A stretch of 41,897 nucleotides of DNA, from IMG/VR virus record IMGVR_UViG_651053023_000011, positions 1 through 41,897 of that record; one strand, written 5' to 3'. The stretch comes from a virus. Taxonomy: Duplodnaviria > Heunggongvirae > Uroviricota > Caudoviricetes. The notes under the pieces were generated by a model, which worked only from the letters and a program-made list of their open reading frames with translations, did not search any database and was not told the DNA's origin. This document shows positions 19,462 through 28,819 of this stretch, one piece after another; within the stretch, counting starts at the first letter, position 1, and each line of letters opens with the position of its first letter. The translations under genes were made by a program, and so were the position numbers.

Positions 19462-21219
19462 TTAAAGCGAGCGAATACCAACGCTGACCAGATGCTCAGA
19501 CAGATCCGGCTCCGGTTCACCGCCATTGACCAGCATCCGGCTCATTGCTGTAAACATCGCCACAGGGCCGTCGATTTTGGCTTCCGGCGTGGATTTATTC
19601 GGGAAGATATTGTTGTTTTTGTCCGGTTTCACCGTAACGTTAGACATCATCCAGTTCATGACCGGGTGATTGCTGTGGTGGAAACGTCCGGCATAGACCA
19701 GTGATTCCGTTTCCTTCATGGCCTCTGACAGATTGCGGACCGTCTGCGGAACTTCCACCAGCGGTATACCTTCTTCAGCCAGCGCCAGACTGAACTGCAT
19801 TGCGCTCCACGGGTCAAATCCCAGTTCCCTCAGGTTTTCACCGCCAATCCATTCCAGCAGGTCACTTTTTATCTGAGTATGATCGATAACATCACCATCC
19901 GTCAGGATGAGCTTATCCATCTCCGCCCACTTCCGGTAAAGTTCTGCCTGCTGCCGTGAGCATCGTTCCAGCCGTCCTTCCGGAAGCCAGAATTTAAAAT
20001 CGGCATGAACATGCCCGTTATCCGTTCGCCAGAGTTTTGCCGCCGCACAGATATCAATCTTATGAGCAAGGTCGACGCCGACCCACATGGGATATGTTTT
20101 CAGCTCATGCTGTGGAGCGATGTATTCACACTTCTCCCACTTAATCATATCCATCCAGGCAGACTCGGCAGTGACCCACACATTCATGTGTTTGGTAAAA
20201 AAATTCACCCGCGCTGAAACCTGTTCCTTCGCTTTTTTCGCCAGACGACGCAGATCATCCCAGCGTTTACAGATGCCCAGGCCCGGATTCGCTTTCTGCC
20301 AGACCGTTTCATCAAACGGATCATCTCCCTCATCGAGCGTGTAAATAATCGCAAAGTAGGAGTCGTCTTTTACCGCGCCCTCCACGTCGCTGTTATAGCC
20401 TCGCAATACCTTGATGGCGTAATCGCGTTGCTCGTAACAAATCCCTTCCTTGTTAAAGCCCGCCGTGGTGATACCAAATAACAGGGACTGCAGACGGGCA
20501 CCGGTTGCCGTTTCCAGAACGTCCCACACGTCGCGGGTTTTATGTGCATGCAGCTCATCAATAATGGCGCAGTGGATGTTCAGACCGTCCAGGTTGTTTG
20601 CATCCGAGGAAAGCGGTTCAAATTTTGATGCGCTCTGCTCCTGGTAAATCGCCAGCTTGTTGAAATCAAACAACCGCCCGAGTGTCGACCGGGCTTTCCT
20701 GACCATATTTTTGGCGTCTTCAAACACAATTCTGGCCTGGTCACGCGTGGTTGCGGCTGAATACACCTCAGCACCGCCTTCACCATCTGCCCCCGTCATA
20801 TACAGGCCGATACCCGATGACAGGGTTGATTTTGCGTTTTTACGGGCGACTTCGTTGTACGCCGTCCGGAACCGGCGCACCATCACCGGACGTCCGCTGC
20901 CATCGCTGCGCATGACAACTTCCCCGGTCTCTTCATTGACCAGCGGAATGACAAAACCAAAAATATTAATGAGGATAAATACATGCCAGTCCATCAGTTC
21001 AATGGGCTGGCCTGCCAGCGCCCCTTTTACATGGGGCACAAATTTGTAGAAATTCAGGATGTGCTGCGCACGGGGTTCACTGAAATAAATCCCCCGCTCT
21101 TCGCCGTACTTCAGATCATCAAGAAAACGCTGGCAGGCCAGACGGACAAATTCGCCAGCGACAATTTCTCCTGCAACAACACGTTCGGCGTAGCGGATCC
21201 CGTCAGCCACTTTTGCCAT
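19462..21219 (-). CDS. terminase large subunit
   Basis: 585-aa ORF; ATPase and nuclease regions typical of large terminases; ATGA overlap with small subunit. Confidence 0.9.
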   Translation of the reverse strand: MAKVADGIRYAERVVAGEIVAGEFVRLACQRFLDDLKYGEERGIYFSEPRAQHILNFYKFVPHVKGALAGQPIELMDWHVFILINIFGFVIPLVNEETGEVVMRSDGSGRPVMVRRFRTAYNEVARKNAKSTLSSGIGLYMTGADGEGGAEVYSAATTRDQARIVFEDAKNMVRKARSTLGRLFDFNKLAIYQEQSASKFEPLSSDANNLDGLNIHCAIIDELHAHKTRDVWDVLETATGARLQSLLFGITTAGFNKEGICYEQRDYAIKVLRGYNSDVEGAVKDDSYFAIIYTLDEGDDPFDETVWQKANPGLGICKRWDDLRRLAKKAKEQVSARVNFFTKHMNVWVTAESAWMDMIKWEKCEYIAPQHELKTYPMWVGVDLAHKIDICAAAKLWRTDNGHVHADFKFWLPEGRLERCSRQQAELYRKWAEMDKLILTDGDVIDHTQIKSDLLEWIGGENLRELGFDPWSAMQFSLALAEEGIPLVEVPQTVRNLSEAMKETESLVYAGRFHHSNHPVMNWMMSNVTVKPDKNNNIFPNKSTPEAKIDGPVAMFTAMSRMLVNGGEPEPDLSEHLVSVGIRSL

Positions 21220-21701
21220 CAGTCTCTCGCTTTTAAAAGTTCCGCCAGCGGATCAACATCATCCGGTCCGGCGGTATTTACTTTCGCCCGGCTTGCCGGT
21301 GACATACCAAACTCTGCAAGCATCGCCCGGATCCGCTTCCAGGCATCCGCTTTCATCGCAGCAGCCGGGTGTGCCTTAATCAGCACATCACCGTTCTGCG
21401 TTTCCGTGCGGTAGGTATAACCCTCAGCATCAAGTGTTTCGCAGTGATGCCGGTATTCGGTGTAGGCTTCCACCAGTAACTCGAGTGCACGCGCATCAAG
21501 CTGAGAAATGATCCCTTCCGCATTCAGTTCTTCCGCCATTCGCCTGAACCAGTACTTCCCCTGCGCCCCTAAATGTTGCGGAATTTTAGGGAGACCTTTT
21601 TCATCCTTTTTAGCGGCTTTTTTGGGGTCTTTAACGGGGCGCTTTGAGGGGTTGCCTCGTATCAAATGCAGGCGTGGCGGGGTTTTCGGGGGTCCTGACA
21701 T
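21219..21701 (-). CDS. terminase small subunit (P27-type)
   Basis: 160-aa ORF, basic N-terminus, directly upstream of large terminase. Confidence 0.75.
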   Translation of the reverse strand: MSGPPKTPPRLHLIRGNPSKRPVKDPKKAAKKDEKGLPKIPQHLGAQGKYWFRRMAEELNAEGIISQLDARALELLVEAYTEYRHHCETLDAEGYTYRTETQNGDVLIKAHPAAAMKADAWKRIRAMLAEFGMSPASRAKVNTAGPDDVDPLAELLKARD

Positions 21702-21774
21702 AATCGGTTTTACCTATCAATCGTTTGATCGCATTCCCAAAAAAAGTTTTCGAACCTGCGGCGATGCGAGGAAG

Positions 21775-21830
21775 GGTTGGCGGGCGGTCCCGGACAGCCA
21801 GGGTTGCAGGGATTTGACCCGCCCCTCCCC
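21775..21830. other. candidate cos / packaging site region
   Basis: GC-rich dyad (GGGCGGTCC ... GACCCGCCC) in the HNH-terminase intergenic region where cos sits in HNH-dependent cos phages. Confidence 0.25.
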
Positions 21831-21847
21831 ACAAGTGAGAATAATTA

Positions 21848-22198
21848 TCACCTGATTCGTTCGCGCGCTGTTTTCGCTTTGTGGCAGGGCCAGCACAGAC
21901 TCTGCAGGTTGCTGTCTGCGTCTGTTCCGCCATGCGCTTTCGGGATGATGTGGTCGACGGTTTTCGCCTCGCTCACCACACCGACACGCAGACACAACTG
22001 ACACAGACCTTTATCGCGCTTCAGAATACGGGCACGAATCACCGTCCATTTTGAGCCATAGCCACGCTGATGGCGGCTCAGTCCGCGCTGGTGCTGCACC
22101 CAGCCTTCACCCCGATGTTTATCGCAGTAGCCAGAACTGTCTGTCGTTGTGCCTGCGCAGCCTCGCTTACGGCATGCGCGGGGGATTCGTGATGGCAT
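21848..22198 (-). CDS. HNH endonuclease (packaging-associated)
   Basis: 116-aa ORF with Cys-rich N-terminus and HNH motif (DHIIPKAHGG...N...CWPCH). Confidence 0.85.
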   Translation of the reverse strand: MPSRIPRACRKRGCAGTTTDSSGYCDKHRGEGWVQHQRGLSRHQRGYGSKWTVIRARILKRDKGLCQLCLRVGVVSEAKTVDHIIPKAHGGTDADSNLQSLCWPCHKAKTARERIR

Positions 22199-22218
22199 GG
22201 AATTTCATTCTCCACCGA

Positions 22219-22515
22219 TTAAAACGTTTCTCTCTCGGGGATAACGTGTATTGCATTCAGTCCCGCCGCCACAGCGTGCTGATTATGTTCACTGACCAAC
22301 TGCATTGTTTCATCAAGCAATTCACGGCAGCGATTTGCATTCGTTTCTATGCTAAGCACCAGTGAATGGCTCCCACACAACCGCCCATCCAATAAAAATG
22401 GAGAGTCAGCAGAAACAATTTCCGATTTTATTTTTTGCAGCGCGCAAAGATTTTCTTCAATACGCTTTCGCAGAACAACGCAGCGTCCAATCGCTTCATA
22501 GTTTCGCTCAGACAT
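22219..22515 (-). CDS. hypothetical protein
   Basis: 98-aa ORF from ATG (MSERNYEAIG) preceded by AGGAGG at ideal spacing. Confidence 0.5.
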   Translation of the reverse strand: MSERNYEAIGRCVVLRKRIEENLCALQKIKSEIVSADSPFLLDGRLCGSHSLVLSIETNANRCRELLDETMQLVSEHNQHAVAAGLNAIHVIPERETF

Positions 22516-22599
22516 TTCGCCTCCTGTTTTCAATGGAGATATTCAGGCCAACAGCATTATCGCAGCCCCTCACACTGAAGGGCTGCTGTAATGCTGGTA

Positions 22600-22782
22600 T
22601 CAATTCTGCGTACACTGTCGGATACCATCGACAATTTCACAGACCTGAGAAGCAGCGTCAAAAAGCCGGCTCGCCTTATTTAAGCTGACACAGCCCACCA
22701 ATAAAAAAGGCACCAGTATCGCTACCAGCGCCCATTTCGCCGCCGCTAGCGGCATTCTGTGTGTCCAGTGCTTTCGGCTCAT
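22600..22782 (-). CDS. putative small lipoprotein (possible o-spanin-like)
   Basis: Lipoprotein-type signal with lipobox LVGC in late-gene orientation downstream of endolysin; weak RBS, start uncertain. Confidence 0.3.
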   Translation of the reverse strand: MSRKHWTHRMPLAAAKWALVAILVPFLLVGCVSLNKASRLFDAASQVCEIVDGIRQCTQN

Positions 22783-22839
22783 AATTTTGCAATTCACTTG
22801 ACACAATCCCCGCTGAACTAAACGCAAAAAGGAGTGTTC

Positions 22840-23109
22840 ATGACTAAAGAGCAACTGGAAGTAATTGTCGCCTTAATCAGCAGCCAGCAAATGGCTCTGA
22901 CTCACCTCTCACTAAAAGTCGCAAGCCTCACCGGCTGCGACAAGCAGGAGCTAGCCAATTCATTCCTTCAGGAGGGTGAACGCCTGCTAACCAGACACAA
23001 TGGCAAGCTCGCCAATGTTATTTTCAGCCAGATTGCCAGGGGTATTGAGGCAGGCGAGGAACAATCACAAGAGAACATCAGAGGAGAGATTAACGGACTA
23101 CTTCATTAA
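22840..23109 (+). CDS. hypothetical protein (opposite strand to late operon)
   Basis: 89-aa ORF from ATG preceded by AAAGGAG; tail-to-tail overlap with endolysin 3' end. Confidence 0.45.
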   Translation: MTKEQLEVIVALISSQQMALTHLSLKVASLTGCDKQELANSFLQEGERLLTRHNGKLANVIFSQIARGIEAGEEQSQENIRGEINGLLH

Positions 23110-23620
23110 ATATTGCCATAATCTCTGACTGAATTTGCTCAAAAAATGACAATTCGGTTTTTGTGCCAGCCGCTGCATTTGCCGATGCTGCGGCTTTTTG
23201 TTTATTTTTTTTCAAAACATTCTCCTGCAGAATAAAAGCTGTCATCGTTTCAACTGAAAGTGAGGCCCGTCTTTCAGTGTTTTCCCAGTCCCCGCCCCAT
23301 TCGATGGCAGTTCCCAGCTCTGCGGCAGCCTGCTTAAATGCCTGTGCGATTTTCTCGTACAGAGGCCAGTCCCATGACACCTGGCTACCAACATAAGCCA
23401 CAACATCCACCGCATCACCGGTCAGGTGACGGCTGTTCATGGTCTGGCTTTTCCCTTCCGCGACCAGTTGTTTCTGGCGCTCTTTCGTGCGCAGACCTTC
23501 CGTAATACCGAAATCAACCTCCGTCAGTTCAAGGGCGCGGCGAACGACAGCAACCAGTTGTGGTTTGACGCCCTCCAGATTTTTTTCACTGCGGCGGCTG
23601 AATCTGAATTTACCCGACAT
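23090..23620 (-). CDS. endolysin, peptidase M15 family (L-Ala-D-Glu endopeptidase-like)
   Basis: ORF with SRHLTGDAVDV motif typical of M15/VanY-type zinc peptidases; follows two membrane-protein genes. Confidence 0.8.
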   Translation of the reverse strand: MSGKFRFSRRSEKNLEGVKPQLVAVVRRALELTEVDFGITEGLRTKERQKQLVAEGKSQTMNSRHLTGDAVDVVAYVGSQVSWDWPLYEKIAQAFKQAAAELGTAIEWGGDWENTERRASLSVETMTAFILQENVLKKNKQKAAASANAAAGTKTELSFFEQIQSEIMAIFNEVVR

Positions 23621-23622
23621 AT

Positions 23623-23898
23623 TCACCTCAACAATGGAAAGATTTTTGTGACATTCCCGCGTGCACGTATCACCAGCACGCAGAACAGCAGATTAAAAAA
23701 CACTTCCAGCCAGCCCGTTGCTAACGGGCGACCACACAGATAGCTGAGGGGCGCAAAGGCATACAGCAGCATCAGCAACCAGGCCAGCCATGACATCAGC
23801 GGTTTATGTCTGGAATCACGACGACGATAAAAAAAGAGCGTCAGCACGATAACCGCGCATAACGCCACATTCAGCAATCCGGAAAGGTTACTTAACAT
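23623..23898 (-). CDS. lysis-associated membrane protein (holin or antiholin candidate)
   Basis: 91-aa ORF with three hydrophobic segments; ATG preceded by GAGGAGG; overlaps both neighbours. Confidence 0.5.
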   Translation of the reverse strand: MLSNLSGLLNVALCAVIVLTLFFYRRRDSRHKPLMSWLAWLLMLLYAFAPLSYLCGRPLATGWLEVFFNLLFCVLVIRARGNVTKIFPLLR

Positions 23899-24280
23899 TG
23901 CCGCCTCCTCCACCCCGCAGGCGGGAGAACAGGCCGGACACCAGCGATGCAATATCCTGCTGGTGGATGAACGAGAGAATCTTCACCGACACCACCGCCA
24001 CCAGCACCGCACACAGTGCATCCGCCGATGTACCGTCATAACCTGTTTTTGATGCAATCCAGGCTGACAGCACATGCGCACCCAGCACGCCAACGATAAA
24101 CGACACCAGAAAATGCGCCGCCACACGCCAGGCTGAAAGCGCCTGCGGCATCGTTGCCACAAATAACGCCCCGGCGAACGCCCCAAACACAATCCCGAAA
24201 TCCGTTCCGGTAAACAGCCCGAATACCGTCGCCCCGCCGAGCGCCGCAGCCGTACCGGAACCGGACAAGGGTTCAGACAT
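23888..24280 (-). CDS. putative holin
   Basis: 130-aa ORF from ATG (MSEPLSG) with AGGAGA RBS; Gly-rich transmembrane segments; first gene of lysis cassette. Confidence 0.5.
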   Translation of the reverse strand: MSEPLSGSGTAAALGGATVFGLFTGTDFGIVFGAFAGALFVATMPQALSAWRVAAHFLVSFIVGVLGAHVLSAWIASKTGYDGTSADALCAVLVAVVSVKILSFIHQQDIASLVSGLFSRLRGGGGGNVK

Positions 24281-24367
24281 ACTTTTTCTCCTGTAAATAA
24301 AAAAGGGCCACCAGCGGCCCGTAAAAAACACCCGTCAAAGGCACCCGCAGATACCTTTTGTGTGGTG

Positions 24368-24520
24368 TTATTCAGATTTACGCAGTAAAGGCCAGAGTAC
24401 GGCCAGCGCCATCGCCACCAGCACACCATCTGCCAGCACCGACATCAGCCGTCCGGTGAAATCCACCGCCACTACCAGAAACAGCAGGATGGCAGCCAGC
24501 ACAAGGCGCGCACTTTTCAC
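24368..24520 (-). CDS. small hydrophobic peptide (about 50 aa)
   Basis: GTG start overlapping TerB-like stop (GTGA); two hydrophobic stretches; below track cutoff. Confidence 0.3.
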   Translation of the reverse strand: MKSARLVLAAILLFLVVAVDFTGRLMSVLADGVLVAMALAVLWPLLRKSE

Positions 24521-24942
24521 AGGTACTGCTCCAGCGGCAACTGCAGCGCCTGAGCAATTTTCTTGAGCTGCGCTTCTTCATCCGGACCAATGCCGTCCTG
24601 GTCAGCAATATCGAGACACAGGCACAGCACATCAACCGCTTCGGCGGTTCCTGCCACATCAGCCAGTTCACGCAAAGCCTGAGCATTCGCACTACGAGGT
24701 GACGCTTCATAACGGGCGCGGATATTTGCACTCATTTGTGCAATCTCACCGGAGAACGGCGCAAAGGCAGGAAGTGCTGCAATGGTTTTTTCCAGTACAG
24801 CGATTTCTTTCGCATCACAGGTGCCGTCGGCGAATGCTATGGAATACGCGCCCCAGACGGTCGCCTCCACTGCGTCGCGGTTCTCCATCTTCTTCACTTC
24901 AGTAATGGCCTTGCGGGTTTTCTTTTTGAAAATACCAAACAT
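24517..24942 (-). CDS. TerB-like domain protein
   Basis: 140-aa ORF with AAGGA RBS; paired acidic motifs (AFADGTCDAKEIAVLEK and LDIADQDGIGPDEEAQLKKIAQ) typical of TerB fold. Confidence 0.65.
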   Translation of the reverse strand: MFGIFKKKTRKAITEVKKMENRDAVEATVWGAYSIAFADGTCDAKEIAVLEKTIAALPAFAPFSGEIAQMSANIRARYEASPRSANAQALRELADVAGTAEAVDVLCLCLDIADQDGIGPDEEAQLKKIAQALQLPLEQYL

Positions 24943-24961
24943 CGTGACTTTTCCTTTTAGT

Positions 24962-25053
24962 GGGTGAGCCTGCGCCCGGGGGTGACCAGTCCACAGAGAA
25001 AGTCACACTGACCATCCCGTAAGCTCACCCCTGAAAGGCTCTGTGGTTTTTTT
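24962..25053 (-). other. structured leader with interleaved dyads upstream of TerB-like gene
   Basis: GGGTGAGC (24962-69) pairs GCTCACCC (25023-30); CCACAGAG (24991-98) pairs CTCTGTGG (25039-46); T7 run follows on + strand. Confidence 0.35.
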
Positions 25054-25126
25054 GATGTGCGCCGGGCGTGGCGCGGAAATAAAAAAGGCCCGCCGTAGCG
25101 AGCCGCATAAATACTGAATTCTGAAT

Positions 25127-25150
25127 AAAAAAAACCGCCTGGCGTGGCGG
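25127..25150 (-). terminator. rho-independent terminator downstream of tRNA genes
   Basis: CCGCC/GGCGG stem with 6-nt loop followed on the minus strand by T8. Confidence 0.5.
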
Positions 25151-25516
25151 TCTATGGCATAAAATGGCATGAAGAGAACGCGATGATTTTATTATGACCA
25201 GAGACGTCGGGTGCCTCCCGAAACATCCAGTCCTGCATGGATGCTGTGGTTTCCCGCAAAACCGACTCTTTCAACCACCCTCGCACTGAGGAACGTCTCT
25301 GGGGTGTTATTTACAACACCGGAATGATACATTACCAGCCCTGCCAGGAAATACAAATCTCCACCAGTAATGCACCATTCCACTATTGTAAAAAAACAGC
25401 ACTGGTACCGTAATAAATAATATTCATTACAGAACAGGATGTGGTAAGGAGTTAGGGTAAAACATCCCACACATATAATGTGTCAGTGCCTGAAACAGCC
25501 TGGCATCGTCCTCTGC

Positions 25517-25591
<75 letters not shown>

Positions 25592-25594
25592 ATA

Positions 25595-25670
<76 letters not shown>

Positions 25671-25835
25671 AATGGTTCCTCAAGAAAAATAAAATGCCCC
25701 AGCAATACCCCCTCGGAACCGGGTGCGAATATTAACGAGATAAGATATTTTTTCAACAAAAATCAATGTCAATATTTGTAAATATACTCATATATTTTTA
25801 TTATTTCAATAATTAATAAATAACAGAAAGCGTGT

Positions 25836-26882
25836 TTAAAGATTATTTTCTATTACAGTTACAGTTTGATTAAATCTCTCTTTTTCCAGTTCCACACCAA
25901 TTGCCCGACGCCCCAGCGTCATTGCGGCTTTAATTGTGGAGCCTGACCCCATAAAGAAGTCGACAACCAAGTCTCCCGGACGACTGCTGGCGGTAATTAT
26001 CTGACGTAACATATCCGCTGGTTTTTCACAGGGATGTTTGCCCGGATAATACTGCACAGGCTTGTACGTCCAGACATCGGTATAAGGAACAGCAGCCGAT
26101 ACGGAAAAATAACGCCGTAAAGATTTGTACTCTGCCAGCAGGCTGGCATATTGTCGGTTCAGTTCACTGTATGCGCTGACCAGCTGGTGATGTGGTTTTT
26201 CCAGTTCTCCGCGCTGATGCTTTTCTGCTGCTACACGTGCAAATAACACCTGCAGTTTTCTGTAATCACCCTCGTTCGGCAACTGCCACTGACTTGTACC
26301 AAACCAGTGTGACGCCATGTTTTTCTTTCCGGTCGCTTCCGCTATCTGTTTCGATGTTACCCCAAGTGAATCACGCGCATCACGAAAGTAAGAAATCAGC
26401 GGGGCCATGACGTGCTGTTTTAGCTCGCGTCCCTTTGCCGCATAGCCGTCATTTTTGGGCTGGTATGGCCCCTGATAATGTTCTGCAAACAGAATGCGTT
26501 CTGTTGCAGGGAAATACGCCCGCAGGCTTTCCTTGTTGCATCCGTTCCAGCGTCCGGACGGCTTCGCCCAGATAATGTGGTTCAGCACATTAAAGCGCTG
26601 ACGCATCATGATTTCGATATCAGATGCCAGGCGATGACCACAGAACAGGTAGAGACTTCCGGCAGGTTTCAGTACCCGCCAGAATTGCGCCAGACACTGA
26701 TCCAGCCATTTCAGGTAATCATCGTCGCCCTTCCACTGGTTATCCCAGCCCTCGGGCTTCACTTTAAAGTATGGCGGGTCTGTGACTATCAGATCGACAG
26801 AGTTTTCCGGTAAGGTCTGGATAAATTCCAGGCAATCAGCGTTGATTAACTCACAACTGGATATTTTTACAGTATTGGCCAT
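25836..26882 (-). CDS. DNA methyltransferase, beta-class (N6-adenine or N4-cytosine), orphan
   Basis: 348-aa ORF with TDPPY catalytic motif near N-terminus and FxGSGST SAM-binding motif near C-terminus; no adjacent restriction enzyme. Confidence 0.85.
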   Translation of the reverse strand: MANTVKISSCELINADCLEFIQTLPENSVDLIVTDPPYFKVKPEGWDNQWKGDDDYLKWLDQCLAQFWRVLKPAGSLYLFCGHRLASDIEIMMRQRFNVLNHIIWAKPSGRWNGCNKESLRAYFPATERILFAEHYQGPYQPKNDGYAAKGRELKQHVMAPLISYFRDARDSLGVTSKQIAEATGKKNMASHWFGTSQWQLPNEGDYRKLQVLFARVAAEKHQRGELEKPHHQLVSAYSELNRQYASLLAEYKSLRRYFSVSAAVPYTDVWTYKPVQYYPGKHPCEKPADMLRQIITASSRPGDLVVDFFMGSGSTIKAAMTLGRRAIGVELEKERFNQTVTVIENNL

Positions 26883-27032
26883 AGATCAATAAGCACTTCT
26901 CTGATAGGCTCATACCGCTTTTGCGCAAAGCAGATGGGCCTGAGGTTTGCTTGTGACCCCAACGCATGAGCAGATGGCTGGCAGGTGCCGCTAACACCCA
27001 CCAGCCGCCCATTACCACAAATTAAAAAGCCT

Positions 27033-27230
27033 TCACTGCGGAAGGCGTCTGTAACAACCGAACTGATAATCTGCCAGACCCGCCATAACAAGCTGAGTCA
27101 GTATTAACTGGCAGCGTTCGCGTGAAAGGTAAGTATTCTGCGCAATTTCCCCGACAGTCGCCGGTTCGGTGACGCTCAATTCATTAAACACCACTCTGGC
27201 AGTTTCGGTCATATCCTGCTGTTTTAGCAT
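27033..27230 (-). CDS. small winged-helix-like protein (PapI/FaeA-like candidate)
   Basis: About 65 aa from internal ATG (MLKQQDMTETARVVFNELS...); directly upstream of methyltransferase. Confidence 0.35.
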   Translation of the reverse strand: MLKQQDMTETARVVFNELSVTEPATVGEIAQNTYLSRERCQLILTQLVMAGLADYQFGCYRRLPQ

Positions 27231-27349
27231 GTCTTTTTCCCTTTTCTGGTTAACGTGACATACCAATAACTCTTGCCGGAAAAGCCAGCAAGCTGAAAGA
27301 CCGGTATTCGTAACCACCAGCGCGTTTAATGTTCTGTGCCGTTTTTAGG

Positions 27350-27380
27350 GCACAAAAAACCCGCCCGGCGGCGGTTTTAA
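27350..27380. terminator. GC-rich hairpin flanked by A and T runs (bidirectional terminator candidate)
   Basis: AAAAAACCCGCCCGGCGGCGGTTTT. Confidence 0.4.
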
Positions 27381-27480
27381 GCTGTGTGACGTAGTAATCA
27401 CTCTTAACATCATATTTAAATTTTTACGTACGTAAACCTGTACGTATAACTTTATATTATAAAAATGCAACAACTATAAT

Positions 27481-27507
27481 ATTTTAGATATTTTAGATAT
27501 TTTAGAT
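27481..27507. repeat. three perfect tandem copies of ATTTTAGAT upstream of porin gene
   Basis: Direct reading; adjacent TATAAT and TACGTACGTA palindrome in AT-rich porin promoter region. Confidence 0.7.
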
Positions 27508-27686
27508 AAATACTGCATTGGAAATTATCACCAATATTTAACGCCACACATAAATGTGATATTGATCACACTATAAACCCTTAAATAAACCCCATATCTT
27601 GAAATAACCGTACCGATTAGATGTATATTTAAGTTGCAGCGACATTATTTTTTAATAATAGTTCCCAAAAGAACTAAGGATTCATA

Positions 27687-28769
27687 ATGAAAAAATTAAC
27701 AGTGGCAATCTCTGCTGTAGCAGCATCAGTATTGATGGCTATGTCCGCTCAGGCAGCTGAGATTTATAACAAAGACAGCAATAAATTAGATCTGTACGGA
27801 AAAGTTAATGCCGGGCACTACTTCTCCTCTAACGATAAACACGATGGTGACAAAACTTATGCTCGTCTGGGATTCAAAGGTGAAACCCAAATCAATGATC
27901 AACTGACTGGTTTCGGTCAGTGGGAATATGAATTCAAAGGCAACCGTGCTGAATCTCAAGGTTCCTCCGCAGACAAAACTCGTCTTGCATTTGCTGGTCT
28001 GAAATTCGGCGACTACGGCTCCATCGATTATGGTCGTAACTACGGTGTAGCATACGATATCGGTGCATGGACTAACGTTCTGCCAGAATTCGGTGGCGAT
28101 ACCTGGACCCAAACAGATGTATTCATGACTGAACGCACCACAGGTGTTGCAACTTATCGTAACAACGACTTCTTTGGTCTGGTTGAAGGTCTGAATTTTG
28201 CTGCTCAGTATCAGGGTAAAAATGACCACACTGACGTAACTCAAGCTAATGGTGATGGTTTCGGTTTCTCCACTACTTATGAGTATGAAGGATTCGGCGT
28301 AGGTGCAACCTATGCTAAATCTGACCGCACTAATAATAAGGTTATCTACGGTAACAACAGCCTGAATGCATCTGGTCAAAATGCTGAAGTATGGGCAGCT
28401 GGTCTGAAATATGACGCTAACAACATTTACTTGGCCACTACCTATTCTGAAACCCAGAATATGACGGTATTTGCTGATCGCTTCGTCGCTAATAAAGCTC
28501 AGAACGTTGAGGCTGTTGCACAATATCAGTTCGATTTTGGGCTGCGTCCGTCCGTGGCTTACCTGCAATCTAAAGGTAAAGATCTCGGAGTATGGGGCGC
28601 TCAAGACTTAGTTAAATATGTTGATGTAGGCGCAACCTATTACTTCAACAAAAATATGTCCACTTTTGTTGACTACAAAATCAACCTGATTGATAAGAGC
28701 GATTTCACGAAAGCATCTGGCGTTGCTACCGATGATATCGTTGCTGTAGGTATGGTTTACCAGTTCTAA
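27687..28769 (+). CDS. outer membrane general porin (OmpC/NmpC/Lc-like), prophage-encoded
   Basis: 360-aa ORF with AAGGA RBS, signal peptide ending AQA, N-terminal [17 protein letters not shown]-terminal ...YQF. Confidence 0.9.
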   Translation: MKKLTVAISAVAASVLMAMSAQAAEIYNKDSNKLDLYGKVNAGHYFSSNDKHDGDKTYARLGFKGETQINDQLTGFGQWEYEFKGNRAESQGSSADKTRLAFAGLKFGDYGSIDYGRNYGVAYDIGAWTNVLPEFGGDTWTQTDVFMTERTTGVATYRNNDFFGLVEGLNFAAQYQGKNDHTDVTQANGDGFGFSTTYEYEGFGVGATYAKSDRTNNKVIYGNNSLNASGQNAEVWAAGLKYDANNIYLATTYSETQNMTVFADRFVANKAQNVEAVAQYQFDFGLRPSVAYLQSKGKDLGVWGAQDLVKYVDVGATYYFNKNMSTFVDYKINLIDKSDFTKASGVATDDIVAVGMVYQF

Positions 28770-28775
28770 ATCTTT

Positions 28776-28819
28776 TTATTAAAAAAGATATGTTGTGGGA
28801 GATATTTATCTCCCACAAC
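28776..28819 (-). terminator. terminator candidate (tR-prime-like)
   Basis: 12-bp stem GTTGTGGGAGAT/ATCTCCCACAAC followed on the minus strand by a T-run. Confidence 0.4.

Noticed and set aside
19492-21414. Multiple + strand ORFs inside the terminase genes
   Set aside because: Antisense shadow ORFs within strongly supported terminase CDSs.
24378-24731. 117-aa minus-strand ORF overlapping the TerB-like gene in another frame
   Set aside because: Overlaps a better-supported CDS; Arg/Cys-rich, no RBS.
25192-25470. 92-aa minus-strand ORF between the terminator and tRNA-Gly
   Set aside because: No RBS, Cys/Phe-rich implausible sequence, lies in a region better explained as tRNA flank.
24943-25516. 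Shiga toxin or other toxin cargo between tRNAs and lysis genes, as in Stx phages
   Set aside because: No ORF with A/B toxin features; the position holds a TerB-like gene and structured non-coding sequence.
27481-27507. Tandem repeats considered as a CRISPR array (also the iterons at 32299-32322)
   Set aside because: Units are 9-12 bp with no spacers and no cas genes; they are promoter repeats and replication iterons.
27786-28604. 272-aa minus-strand ORF inside the porin gene
   Set aside because: Antisense shadow ORF of a strongly supported porin CDS; junk-like composition.
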